DNA of 64,000 nt from Nitrososphaerota archaeon. Lineage in GTDB: Archaea > Thermoproteota > Nitrososphaeria > Nitrososphaerales > Gagatemarchaeaceae. The notes below the pieces were generated by a model, which did no database searches, had not been told where the DNA came from, and saw only the letters and a list, made by a program, of their open reading frames with translations. Location of the stretch: NCBI GenBank assembly GCA_027886975.1, contig JAPCJK010000001.1, forward strand, positions 12,892 through 76,891, written 5' to 3'. This document shows positions 55,206 through 64,000 of this stretch, piece after piece. A program made the position numbers and the translations under genes. Each line of letters opens with the position of its first letter. Position 1 is the stretch's first letter.

Positions 55206-55439
55206 TGTTAGGGCTGCGTAGGCTCCTGCAACCCTGCGGACCCTCGCAGTTGATGCCTCAGCGGTATGATTGGAACTGGGTGATGCTATGATTATTCGCC
55301 GTGGTTCAATTTACTTCGCCGTAAAAAGAGGATATTGAACTTGTCTTGGCAGGAATCTAGGAGGACGAAGGCATGAGGTCGAAGCTCCGCACTCCTAGGA
55401 GCGTAACGGATTTTTACGTCATCCTTCGTATGGTAGACC

Positions 55440-56144
55440 GTGAAGGCGTGGAAAAGCGTCGACGAATACATAGCGGCCGCTCCCAAGGATGTACAGCCCA
55501 AGCTTAGAGAAGTCCGGGCTGCGATCAGGGATGTTGCGCCGGATGCCGGTGAGAGCATCAGTTACGGGATGCCCTTCTACAACTACAAAGGAGAATCGGG
55601 ATACAAGGGCCGGTTCTGCTACTTTGGTCTTCAGAAAGCCCACATCGGGCTCTATATTCCTCCTCCGATCATCGAGGAACATATAGGTGAGTTGGCAGAG
55701 TATGAGACTACCAAATCAGCCCTGCACCTTCCCCTAAACCGACCAATTCCAATCTCGCTGATCAAGAAACTGGTCAAGGATCGGCTGAAGAGGCACGAAG
55801 CTGGAGAACTGGGCTCGCATGCAAGAGGCAGGAAACTTGGTAATCCAAAAACAAGTGAGAAAGTCCTGACCCTCAACCCTGTGAAGGGGAAGGAGGGCGT
55901 GAAAATGGACCGTAACAAGTATGAGCTTGTCAAGTCGGCAATCATGGACTGTTTCAGGGCGAAGCCTGAACTCACGAAGGCGAAATTAATAGAAGGAGTT
56001 GATCGACGACTCAAAGGGAAACTTGACGGCTCGGTGGAGTGGTCTGTGATGGCCGTCAAACTCGACCTTGAGGCAAGAGAGATTATCTCACGGGTCACAG
56101 GGACTTCGCCGGTAGTACATCATCTCATGAGGACAAGGAATTAG
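55440..56144 (+). CDS. DUF1801 (YdhG) domain fused to a wHTH-like (DUF6958-like) domain
   Basis: SVDEYI...ESISYGMPFY...HIGLY, then KYELVKSAI...GSVEWSVMAVKLDLEAR. Confidence 0.82.
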   Translation: MKAWKSVDEYIAAAPKDVQPKLREVRAAIRDVAPDAGESISYGMPFYNYKGESGYKGRFCYFGLQKAHIGLYIPPPIIEEHIGELAEYETTKSALHLPLNRPIPISLIKKLVKDRLKRHEAGELGSHARGRKLGNPKTSEKVLTLNPVKGKEGVKMDRNKYELVKSAIMDCFRAKPELTKAKLIEGVDRRLKGKLDGSVEWSVMAVKLDLEAREIISRVTGTSPVVHHLMRTRN

Positions 56145-56146
56145 CG

Positions 56147-56740
56147 ATGGTAAAATTCTCGGTCCAGGAACTCGGGCCACAGACTTGGCCTGACTTCGTA
56201 CGAATCATGGAGAAGCACAATGGTGTTTGGGGCGGCTGCTGGTGTGTCTCTTACCACCTCAAGCGCGCTGAGGAGAGCAAGTGGACCGGGCGACATAGGG
56301 AGTTAAAGCAGATACTCGTTCAAGCGGATCAGTCCCACGCGGCGCTCGTCTACAGCGGGACGGATGTCGTCGGGTGGTGTCAGTTCGGACAGCCAATTGA
56401 GCTCCCAGCCAGAATGACAGGCTACGGCAAGTTGGGCTTGGTTCTGCCCGACTGGAGGGTTCCGTGCTTCTTCGTCGACCGTGACCGGAGGAAAGAGGGA
56501 GTCGCGGACGCGGCCTTGAAAGGCGCACTTCGGATCATCGCCGCCAAGGGGGGCGGGACGGTCGACGGATACCCAATCGCCACTAAAGGGAAACCATACT
56601 CGAGCTCGTTCCTGTGGGGTGGGACTGATTCGATGTTCACCGAGGCCGGGTTCCGTCCAGTCGGCCGTCTAGGCACGAGCAAATTGGTGATGCGAAAAGC
56701 GGTTCGTGGTTTACAAAAAACGAAACATAGCCGTGCATAG
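56147..56740 (+). CDS. GNAT family N-acetyltransferase
   Basis: GGCWC, VGWCQFG, CFFVDRDRRKEGVA, VDGYP. Confidence 0.88.
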   Translation: MVKFSVQELGPQTWPDFVRIMEKHNGVWGGCWCVSYHLKRAEESKWTGRHRELKQILVQADQSHAALVYSGTDVVGWCQFGQPIELPARMTGYGKLGLVLPDWRVPCFFVDRDRRKEGVADAALKGALRIIAAKGGGTVDGYPIATKGKPYSSSFLWGGTDSMFTEAGFRPVGRLGTSKLVMRKAVRGLQKTKHSRA

Positions 56741-56824
56741 GGTTCGTGCGCCTCCGTTTTCCCGTAATGTTGTTGACTGCATTTCAAGCTGAAACTTATC
56801 TATCTCGTCGACCTCGACGTCCCA

Positions 56825-57592
56825 ATGCAAGCGAAGGCGTATCTCCCGATTAGGGGATCGCAGATTTACTATCAGACATCGGGGGACGGCGAACCGCTGG
56901 TACTGCTGCACGGCGGCTTTGGGACAGTTGAAGACTTCGCATCACAGACTCCTGAGCTGGCCAAACACTTCAGGGTGGTTGCTTTCGAACGGCCAGGGCA
57001 CGGACGCACGGCCGATAATGGCGAGCCCTTCAGCTTCACAACGATGTCCGAGTACACGGTCGACTTCATGGAATCGTTGGGTCTGAAGGCAGCAAACCTC
57101 GTGGGGTGGAGCGATGGAGCGGCCGTCGCCTTGTTGGTCGCAATTGCTCGACCAGACCTCGTCAAGCGTATCGTATCCGTTGGGGGATTCTTCAACACAA
57201 GTAATATGAGCGCCGGCGATAAGGACTGGTTCAAGTCCGCCACGCCAGAGTCGTTCAGAAAGGCAGCGCCGGAGGTTGCAAAGCACTACGACGAAGTCTC
57301 ACCTGACGGCCCAGCCCACTTCCCAATTGTGTTCGAAAAGATGGTAAGGATGTGGCTCAACGAACCTGATATTCAAAAGGAAGAGCTGGCAAAGATCGCT
57401 GCCCCTACGTTGGTGATGGCAGGTGATAGAGAGGCGATTCCCCTTGAACACACTCTAGAATTGTTCAGGTCGATCAAGGACTCCCAGTTGTGCATCGTTC
57501 CCGGATCTACGCATTTCCTACTTGCTGAAAAGCCGGTTGCGGCAAACAGAGCTATCTTGGAATTCCTGCTTACAGAAGAGAAACCAAAGTAG
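56825..57592 (+). CDS. Alpha/beta hydrolase
   Basis: LLHGG, GHGRT, GWSDG nucleophile elbow, GDRE, GSTH. Confidence 0.93.
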   Translation: MQAKAYLPIRGSQIYYQTSGDGEPLVLLHGGFGTVEDFASQTPELAKHFRVVAFERPGHGRTADNGEPFSFTTMSEYTVDFMESLGLKAANLVGWSDGAAVALLVAIARPDLVKRIVSVGGFFNTSNMSAGDKDWFKSATPESFRKAAPEVAKHYDEVSPDGPAHFPIVFEKMVRMWLNEPDIQKEELAKIAAPTLVMAGDREAIPLEHTLELFRSIKDSQLCIVPGSTHFLLAEKPVAANRAILEFLLTEEKPK

Positions 57593-57616
57593 GCCGTGCG
57601 TGATGAAGGCGTTGGC

Positions 57617-58087
57617 CTAAAGGTGGACACCATAGGCGAGCAGGATCAAACTTGCCCAGAACAAGGCGAACATTGAAGGTAACACTACCGTGAAGAACCA
57701 GAACCCGGCGCGGTGCGCTACGCCTTCGGCTAGGTTGTGGTATTGCATCAACTTCCCGTCCTGGTCATGTTCCTCGAAGAAATCCACCACCTTCCCCCGG
57801 AGCATGGTGATGATAATCCACACGACGAGAAGAGAAATTCCAAATGCGGCAAATAATAGTACGAGGCCGCGATTGTCTAACCTGGTCGCAGCAAGAGAGA
57901 CTGAGAAGGTCTCGCTCACCAGGAACATCGAGCGGTAGTTCTGGAGGACGGACTCGTGATGCGTGAACTCGTCGACTGCATCCTTGTGTTCGACGAAAAG
58001 CTCATTTGAGATAGGAGTGCCGCATGCTGGACAAAACTTGGAGTCCGGCTCCAAAGGTGCGCCGCATTTTCGACAGAGAGCAGTCAT
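57617..58087 (-). CDS. Zinc-ribbon membrane protein
   Basis: CRKCG...FCPACG followed by two to three TM helices. Confidence 0.75.
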   Translation of the reverse strand: MTALCRKCGAPLEPDSKFCPACGTPISNELFVEHKDAVDEFTHHESVLQNYRSMFLVSETFSVSLAATRLDNRGLVLLFAAFGISLLVVWIIITMLRGKVVDFFEEHDQDGKLMQYHNLAEGVAHRAGFWFFTVVLPSMFALFWASLILLAYGVHL

Positions 58088-58105
58088 ATTGAACCCCCGC
58101 CGCGC

Positions 58106-58738
58106 ATGATTTTTGACACCTTAAGTAGGATGGCCATCGCCCGCAGTCTGGTTTCCTTGCCGGTCGAGTTCATTTTCGTGGTGAGGCACGGCGAAACCAA
58201 GGCCAATGAAAAAGGGATCGAGGCGGGTCCTCTCGAATACCCACTCACCAAGAAAGGTATCAAGGAGGTCAAATTCATAGCCAGTACCCTTTCTCGTGCG
58301 AGGATCAAAAGTGTGTACAGCAGCCCTGTCTACCGCGCCGTCCAGACTGCTAAGATTTTGGCGCTCCCTCATAAGCTGAAAGTAAAGACTTTGGAAGAGT
58401 TGACCGAGGCGAGAATAAAACCTGAATTCGTCGGCAAGAAGGGGAGGCACCATATCCTGACTAACCCGGAAGACTATTTGGAAACGAACCGACAATTGCT
58501 GGAAAGGAGTTACAAGGCGATCGGGATCATCAAGAGTCAGTCGCGTGGGAGCGCCATCTTGGTGTCACACGGCGACGTCATAACGGGGCTCTTGGAGGAC
58601 ATTGTAGAGAGGAAATTGAGTACGGAAAAATACTATGTTCTCCACCCAGACCCCGCGTCCTTGAGCATCATCAGAATGGGGGACAAACCATCGCTGGTCC
58701 TCTACAACTACCACAGAAAGATGTTTGCAGACTACTGA
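58106..58738 (+). CDS. Histidine phosphatase (phosphoglycerate mutase-like)
   Basis: VRHGET, SSPVYRAVQTA, VSHG; start may be TTG near 58156. Confidence 0.9.
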   Translation: MIFDTLSRMAIARSLVSLPVEFIFVVRHGETKANEKGIEAGPLEYPLTKKGIKEVKFIASTLSRARIKSVYSSPVYRAVQTAKILALPHKLKVKTLEELTEARIKPEFVGKKGRHHILTNPEDYLETNRQLLERSYKAIGIIKSQSRGSAILVSHGDVITGLLEDIVERKLSTEKYYVLHPDPASLSIIRMGDKPSLVLYNYHRKMFADY

Positions 58739-59257
58739 TTACTTCGCCTTCTGCCATTCCTCTCGCAACAGACTGTACATGTATTCGTTCCTGTACTCCC
58801 CCTTGTTGAAGAACCGTTTCCTCAGTTCAGCCTCTCGCTTGAACCCATTCTTCTCTAACACCCTTTGGGAAGGAATGTTCTCCACGTCGGTCACCGATTC
58901 GATTCTTTCGATTTCCTTTTTTGTTGCAAAGAGATAATCTACAAGCAACCTTGCCGCTTCAGTTGTGTAACCTTTTCTCCTCTCGTCCGGCTTCATTCGG
59001 TATCCAATCTCGAAGAGATTGAGATAGTCTCGGCGAACCGGATAATACGAAATGAAACCGATCTTCCTGTTTTCCGAGCGACTGAAGATCATGAACCAAC
59101 CTTCTTTGCCCACAAGGTCACGGACATCAATTCTGCTAATTGGCTCGAAGCCTGCGTATTCTCCTGAGAATTCCGGGTCGTTCCACCATTTGAAGAAGTC
59201 GTCGACATCCGAGTCGTCAAGGGGCCTGAGTCCGACTTTGCTCCCGAGTAGTTCCAA
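58739..59257 (-). CDS. GNAT acetyltransferase (RimJ/RimL-like)
   Basis: LRPL, EIGY, RKGYTTEA, NIPSQRVLEKNGFKRE. Confidence 0.92.
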   Translation of the reverse strand: MELLGSKVGLRPLDDSDVDDFFKWWNDPEFSGEYAGFEPISRIDVRDLVGKEGWFMIFSRSENRKIGFISYYPVRRDYLNLFEIGYRMKPDERRKGYTTEAARLLVDYLFATKKEIERIESVTDVENIPSQRVLEKNGFKREAELRKRFFNKGEYRNEYMYSLLREEWQKAK

Positions 59258-59289
59258 ATTCTACCAATTACACCTGGGTTGGACGGGGA

Positions 59290-59687
59290 TTACTTCTTGA
59301 GGAAGTGGGAAATCTCCCAGAGGTTCCCTCTGGGTCCTCGAAGTATGCGATTCTCTGTCCCCAGGGGAAGGTCGTCGGCGGCTTGACGAAGTGGACGCCT
59401 TTCGCTTCAAGTTCCTTGTACTCCTTGTCCACATCCTCGACGAAGACGGCGAAGAATGTTCGATGAATTGCATTCTCCTTGGGACGGACCTGTGCCTCTG
59501 AAATTAACTTGGCGGCGTTTTCCATGGTCGACAGGCCCAGGCCTGGCCCGCTCATGTTATGGAAGACGAGATACGCGAAATCGGCGTCCTTGTTCTTCAG
59601 TTCCAGTCCCAGCTTATCGCGATAGAACGAAATGCACTTCTCGAGGTCTCGCACCGGAAGGACGTACGCATTGAGATGGTCAATCAT
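59290..59687 (-). pseudogene. VOC family protein with a -1 frameshift near the C-terminus
   Basis: PWGQRIAYFEDPEG then GAGGGAACCTC; adding one base restores EGNLWEISHFLKK* (TAA 59292-59290). Confidence 0.78.
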
Positions 59688-59753
59688 GGTTCATCGGCAT
59701 AGTGGGCAAACCACTTGTTTATGACGGGCACATAGATAGCGTTTCCGACATAT

Positions 59754-61127
59754 TTGCCGATTCGGGCCGCTAACAATGTCGTTGACCTGATTGGCAATAC
59801 ACCGCTCCTCCGTCTGAACAAGGTGACAAAAGGAATTGAGGCGAACGTTTACGCGAAACTGGAGTTCTTCAACCCTGGAGGCAGCGTGAAGGATAGGATA
59901 GGCATCGCAATGATTCTGGCCGCTGAGAAGGAAGGCCTGCTCAAACCGGGCGCCACCATCGTGGAGCCTACTTCGGGGAACACGGGAATGGGTTTGGTCC
60001 TCGCTGGCATACAGCGAGGGTACAAGGTAATCTGCACGGTCCCCGACAAGGTGAGCCAAGACAAGATCGACATGCTCAATGCAGTGGGAGCCTCTGTGCG
60101 GATCACCCCTGCGAGTCTCCCCACATCGCATCCCGACAGCTACCTGAAGCTCGCTGAAAAGATAGCGAAGGAAACCCCGAACTCGTTCATGCCCAACCAG
60201 TACTTCAACCGGGCAAATCCTGAGGCCCACTACGCAACAACAGGCCCAGAAATCTGGGAGCAGACCGGGGGAGCCGTCGACGTGCTGGTGGCTGGAGTAG
60301 GGACCGGGGGTACCATAAGCGGAGCCGGGAGATATCTCAAAGAGAAGAAGCCTAGCGTCAAGATTGTAGGCGTCGATCCCGAAGGGTCAATCCTCGCTTC
60401 GCGTTTCAAAGGGAAGAGAGGGACCGCTAGGCCCTACAGAGTCGAAGGAATAGGGGAGGACTTCGTCCCGTCGACCCTCGACATGGGAGTCATTGACGAG
60501 ATGGTGACGGTCTCCGACAAAGACTCGTTCCTGACCGCAAGGCGCCTCGCAAGGGAAGAAGGCATCATCGCCGGGGGCTCCTCCGGAACTGCGCTCTTCG
60601 CTGCTCTGAAGGTGGCCCGACAACTACCAGGAGACAAGACCGTTGTCGTAATCCTTCCCGACTCAGGTCGGAGCTACACCGACAAGATGTTCAGCGACGA
60701 TTGGATGGCCGAGTTTGGATACTTGCGCTCAAAGGGGCGACGAGTTTCTGTCGACGCGGTCCTTCGTTTGAAGCCAAAGAGTGTCAGAGCAGTAATCGGT
60801 GTCGGGCCTCGCGACCGCCTCTCAAAGGCAATCGCCATAATGACTCGGCATGACATCTCGCAGCTCCCGGTAATCAAGGGAGGGTTCCAGGTGGGGAGCG
60901 TTGGCGTCGCCTCGATGATCAAGAAGGTAGCAGAGAAGAAGGCAGGGTTGGACCACCCCGTTGAGGAAATCATGGAACCGCCTCTCCCGACCGTTGAGAA
61001 GGGAGGCGTCCTCCTGAACCCGGCCAGCCTGATGAAGAAGAGAAACGCTGTCGTGGTCGTCGATAGACAGAAAGTTGTGGGAGTCATTACGACCATAGAC
61101 GTGATAAACTACCTTGCGCGCAGATAG
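59754..61127 (+). CDS. cbs: Cystathionine beta-synthase with C-terminal CBS domains
   Basis: IGNTPL, KLEFFNPGGSVKDR, PTSGNTG, NQY, GVGTGGT; CBS pair with ISQLPV. Confidence 0.9.
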   Translation: MPIRAANNVVDLIGNTPLLRLNKVTKGIEANVYAKLEFFNPGGSVKDRIGIAMILAAEKEGLLKPGATIVEPTSGNTGMGLVLAGIQRGYKVICTVPDKVSQDKIDMLNAVGASVRITPASLPTSHPDSYLKLAEKIAKETPNSFMPNQYFNRANPEAHYATTGPEIWEQTGGAVDVLVAGVGTGGTISGAGRYLKEKKPSVKIVGVDPEGSILASRFKGKRGTARPYRVEGIGEDFVPSTLDMGVIDEMVTVSDKDSFLTARRLAREEGIIAGGSSGTALFAALKVARQLPGDKTVVVILPDSGRSYTDKMFSDDWMAEFGYLRSKGRRVSVDAVLRLKPKSVRAVIGVGPRDRLSKAIAIMTRHDISQLPVIKGGFQVGSVGVASMIKKVAEKKAGLDHPVEEIMEPPLPTVEKGGVLLNPASLMKKRNAVVVVDRQKVVGVITTIDVINYLARR

Positions 61128-61128
61128 G

Positions 61129-62277
61129 ATGATGAAGTTCGGGACTCGGGCGGTCCATGCGGGCGAAGAGCCCGACCTCTCGAAGTCAGGCGACGTAGTC
61201 TCCCCCATTCACCTGTCGTCGACCTTCGCGCGAAGGATTGTTGAAAAGCCGACGGGAGGCCTCGAATACTCCAGAACCGGGAACCCGACCCGGCTTGCTC
61301 TTGAGCGAAGGCTGGCCTCCCTCGAGGGCGCGAAGCACGCGCTTGCCTTCTCCTCGGGTATGGCAGCTGAGGCCACTCTCCTGCTTTCAGTTCTCAAGAA
61401 AGGGGACCGCGTCGTGGCGGGGGACGACCTCTATGGCGGAACGGTGCGCATATTCGAGACTACACTCCGGAAGTTCGGGGTCTCTTTCACCTATGTCGAC
61501 ACGAGAAACCTGGAAGCGGTCAAACACGCGCTCGAACGCAGGCCCGCGATTGCCTGGCTCGAAAGCCCCACCAACCCGCTGATGCACCTATGCGACATCC
61601 GGTCCATAGCCAAGGCCGCGTCCCGAGTTGGGGCGATCACTGTGGTGGACAACACGTTCGCCAGCCCCTTCCTGCAGAACCCACTGAGCCTCGGAGCGGA
61701 CGTCGTGGTCCACAGCACCACGAAATACATTGGAGGCCACAGCGACGTAGTGGGAGGCGCGCTCATGATGTCCGACGATGAGCTTTTCCAGTCTGTGAAA
61801 TTCAACCAGAACGCGATTGGAGCAGTTCCCTCACCCTTCGACTGCTTCCTAGTTCTCAGAGGCTCGAAGACGCTCCACCTCAGGATGCAGAGGCACAGCG
61901 AGAACGCGCAGAAGGTCGCGGAATTCCTCTCCCACCATCGAAAGTTTTCTGCCGTCCATTATCCGGGGCTGAAGGACCATCCGCAATTCGGCCTGGCCAA
62001 AAGACAGATGAAAATGCCAGGGGGAATGCTATCTGCCGAAATGAAAGGGGGGATGCCCGAGGTCAGAAGGTTCCTGAAGGAGCTCAATGTATTCGCCTTG
62101 GCAGAAAGCCTAGGGGGGGTCGAATCTCTGGTGGACCACCCTGCGACGATGACCCACGCTAGTCTTTCCTCCGAAAGGCGCAAAAGACTAGGCATAGGAG
62201 ACGGCCTGGTGAGATTCTCCGTCGGGATTGAGGATGCAGAAGACCTGATAGCCGACCTGAAGGGGGCCCTAGGTTGA
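61129..62277 (+). CDS. Cystathionine gamma-lyase/synthase
   Basis: YSRTGNPT, DDLYGGT, ESPTNP, DNTFASP, HSTTKYIGGHSD, AESLGGVESL. Confidence 0.93.
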   Translation: MMKFGTRAVHAGEEPDLSKSGDVVSPIHLSSTFARRIVEKPTGGLEYSRTGNPTRLALERRLASLEGAKHALAFSSGMAAEATLLLSVLKKGDRVVAGDDLYGGTVRIFETTLRKFGVSFTYVDTRNLEAVKHALERRPAIAWLESPTNPLMHLCDIRSIAKAASRVGAITVVDNTFASPFLQNPLSLGADVVVHSTTKYIGGHSDVVGGALMMSDDELFQSVKFNQNAIGAVPSPFDCFLVLRGSKTLHLRMQRHSENAQKVAEFLSHHRKFSAVHYPGLKDHPQFGLAKRQMKMPGGMLSAEMKGGMPEVRRFLKELNVFALAESLGGVESLVDHPATMTHASLSSERRKRLGIGDGLVRFSVGIEDAEDLIADLKGALG

Positions 62278-62320
62278 CACGGATCTTCAAATTAATTAGC
62301 TCCGTTCGAGACGGCCGACC

Positions 62321-63274
62321 GTGGCGAAGTCGAGAGTCTATTTCATCACAGACGTTCATGGGTCCAACAGGTGCTTCAAGAAGTTCCTGAACGCGGCCAG
62401 CTTCTACAAGGCTGACGTTATCATTCTCGGAGGAGATATCACAGGCAAGGTCATGGTCCCCATAGTCGAGCAGGAGGACGGAACTTTCAGGTGCTCGTAT
62501 CAGGGGTCGGACTTGATTCTGAGAAGCAAGGAGGAGGTCGAGGAGTTGAAAAAGAAGGCCGCCGACTCGGGCTCCTACACCGTCCCTGTGAGCCCCTCTG
62601 AGCTCAAGGAGCTGGAGGCAAATCCTGCCAAGGTCACCGAACTCTTCCGTCAGGTCATGGTCGAGAGACTGCGAGAGTGGATTTCCCTGGCGGAACAGAG
62701 ACTGGGGAAGACTCCGGTAAGATGTTTCATTTCACCCGGGAACGATGACGTCTTCGACCTCGACCCTATCCTAGATTCGTCCTCATACGTCGTGAACCCA
62801 GAAGGGCGGGTTGTAGATATCGACGGTGGACACGAGATGATAACACTAGGCTACACGAATCATACTCCCTGGAACAGTCCGAGAGAGGTTGACGAAGACG
62901 TCCTCGCCCAGAAGATTTCAGGGATGGCCGACCAAGTGCGAGAAATGAAATCCGCAATTTTCAACATCCACGTCCCGCCCATTGACACGCTCATCGACCA
63001 GGCTCCTCAAGTAGATCAGAGCCTCAAGATAGTCTTGAAAGCAGGAACGGTTCAGATGATCTCAGCGGGGAGCTCGGCCTGCAGAGCTGCCATAAAGAAG
63101 TACCAGCCGATGGTGGGACTGCACGGACACATTCACGAGTCCCGAGGGGTCGTCAAACTTGGAAAGACGTTGTGCGCCAACCCTGGGAGCGAATACGGTG
63201 AAGGGATCCTCAGAGGGTTCCTCTGCGAGATTGACGGTGAGAAGATAAAGTCGTATCTTCTGACATCAGGCTGA
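62321..63274 (+). CDS. Calcineurin-like metallophosphoesterase
   Basis: DVH, GD, GND, HVPP, GHIHE motifs. Confidence 0.92.
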   Translation: MAKSRVYFITDVHGSNRCFKKFLNAASFYKADVIILGGDITGKVMVPIVEQEDGTFRCSYQGSDLILRSKEEVEELKKKAADSGSYTVPVSPSELKELEANPAKVTELFRQVMVERLREWISLAEQRLGKTPVRCFISPGNDDVFDLDPILDSSSYVVNPEGRVVDIDGGHEMITLGYTNHTPWNSPREVDEDVLAQKISGMADQVREMKSAIFNIHVPPIDTLIDQAPQVDQSLKIVLKAGTVQMISAGSSACRAAIKKYQPMVGLHGHIHESRGVVKLGKTLCANPGSEYGEGILRGFLCEIDGEKIKSYLLTSG

Positions 63275-63275
63275 G

Positions 63276-64000
63276 TCAGTCGGAGGAGGAACCGGAGACG
63301 ACCGGCTTATCGGCCTCGGGGAGTTCGTACCAAGGAATCTTCTCTCCCACCCTCGCCCGTATCTTCCATGAGAAGCTCTTCGGAACTTTTTCGATGAGGT
63401 TGGCCAGTCTTCCAATCCTGGTCCTGGCTATGTCCATCTCCGATGATGAAAGGCCGTATCCATCGATTGAATCTCGTAGCCTCGAAAGGTTCACGGTGAA
63501 CGTCTTGTAGATGCCCCAATCGTTGGAGCAGAGGCGAGCCACGTAGTCTTCGTTAATGGTCTCACCGTCTCCCGACCCGACGTCGTGGTCCACAAAAAGC
63601 GCCGCCAGGTCTCTAAGGTCCTTGTCGTTAACCTGCACAATCTGAAGCTTTGTCATGAGAAGGTCAGCGAGTGGTAAGGTCAGAGGCTCAAGTCCGACCC
63701 TGTCTCTGAAATCGAACTTGTGGCACATCTCGAAGACGTCGAGGAATATGTCGACCCGACGCTGGTTGACCATGTCGTTGAAAATCAGCCTTTTGCGCCC
63801 CATCAGGGCATTGAATCTCTCCCTCGGCTCGTAGTTCAGCCCGACGAAGAACTCCTTGATCACTTTCGACTGTTTCTCATGGCCAACAAGGTCAATGTCT
63901 ACGTAGTCGCGCCTTAGGCCGTCTCGAACGGCCGAGGGGCACCTCATCGCAATGGCGACCCCGCCTAGGAGCTTCAGTACCACCTTCCTTTCGGAGGAGG
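63276..64000 (-). CDS. Pol-beta-like nucleotidyltransferase family protein (5' end probably outside the window)
   Basis: LLGGVA, DIDL, VDIF, LLMTKLQ, KDLRD; frame open to the window edge. Confidence 0.75.
   Translation of the reverse strand, partial: SSERKVVLKLLGGVAIAMRCPSAVRDGLRRDYVDIDLVGHEKQSKVIKEFFVGLNYEPRERFNALMGRKRLIFNDMVNQRRVDIFLDVFEMCHKFDFRDRVGLEPLTLPLADLLMTKLQIVQVNDKDLRDLAALFVDHDVGSGDGETINEDYVARLCSNDWGIYKTFTVNLSRLRDSIDGYGLSSSEMDIARTRIGRLANLIEKVPKSFSWKIRARVGEKIPWYELPEADKPVVSGSSSD

Noticed and set aside
1..64000. CRISPR arrays, tRNA/rRNA genes, IS elements, known defence systems
   Set aside because: None recognised by eye. The short tandem repeats seen (S/T linkers near 6900 and 20560) are coding. 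tRNAscan/Infernal were not run.

Overview
A gene-dense 64 kb window of roughly 55-60% GC (by eye), with no rRNA, tRNA, CRISPR array or transposase that I can recognise. Many genes have an AT-rich TATA-like box about 24-30 nt before the start codon, use TTG/GTG (probably also CTG) starts and lack a Shine-Dalgarno site. This points to an archaeon, plausibly a heterotrophic non-ammonia-oxidising Nitrososphaerota; that is inference, since no marker gene is in the window. Content: phosphoesterase, SfsA, orphan MerB, three-subunit transhydrogenase (pntAA/AB/B), M32 carboxypeptidase, a TetR/MFS pair with visible operators, UPF0182, surface proteins, an Opp/Dpp ABC system joined to hydantoinase/oxoprolinase A+B and a FAD amine oxidoreductase, CBS + cystathionine gamma-lyase, and many small VOC/GNAT/DUF genes. 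The best candidate for a new system is the operon at 23127-25357: a divergent Ku-like protein, a minimal ATP-dependent DNA ligase and a stand-alone ASFV-sized family X polymerase. It looks like a compact Ku-Lig-PolX end-joining module, unlike the Ku-LigD/AEP systems of prokaryotes, and it faces DUF72 and a Tag-like glycosylase. I also found small ORFs missing from the ORF track, four genes with lesions and several non-canonical starts. All family calls come from motif recognition, not database searches.
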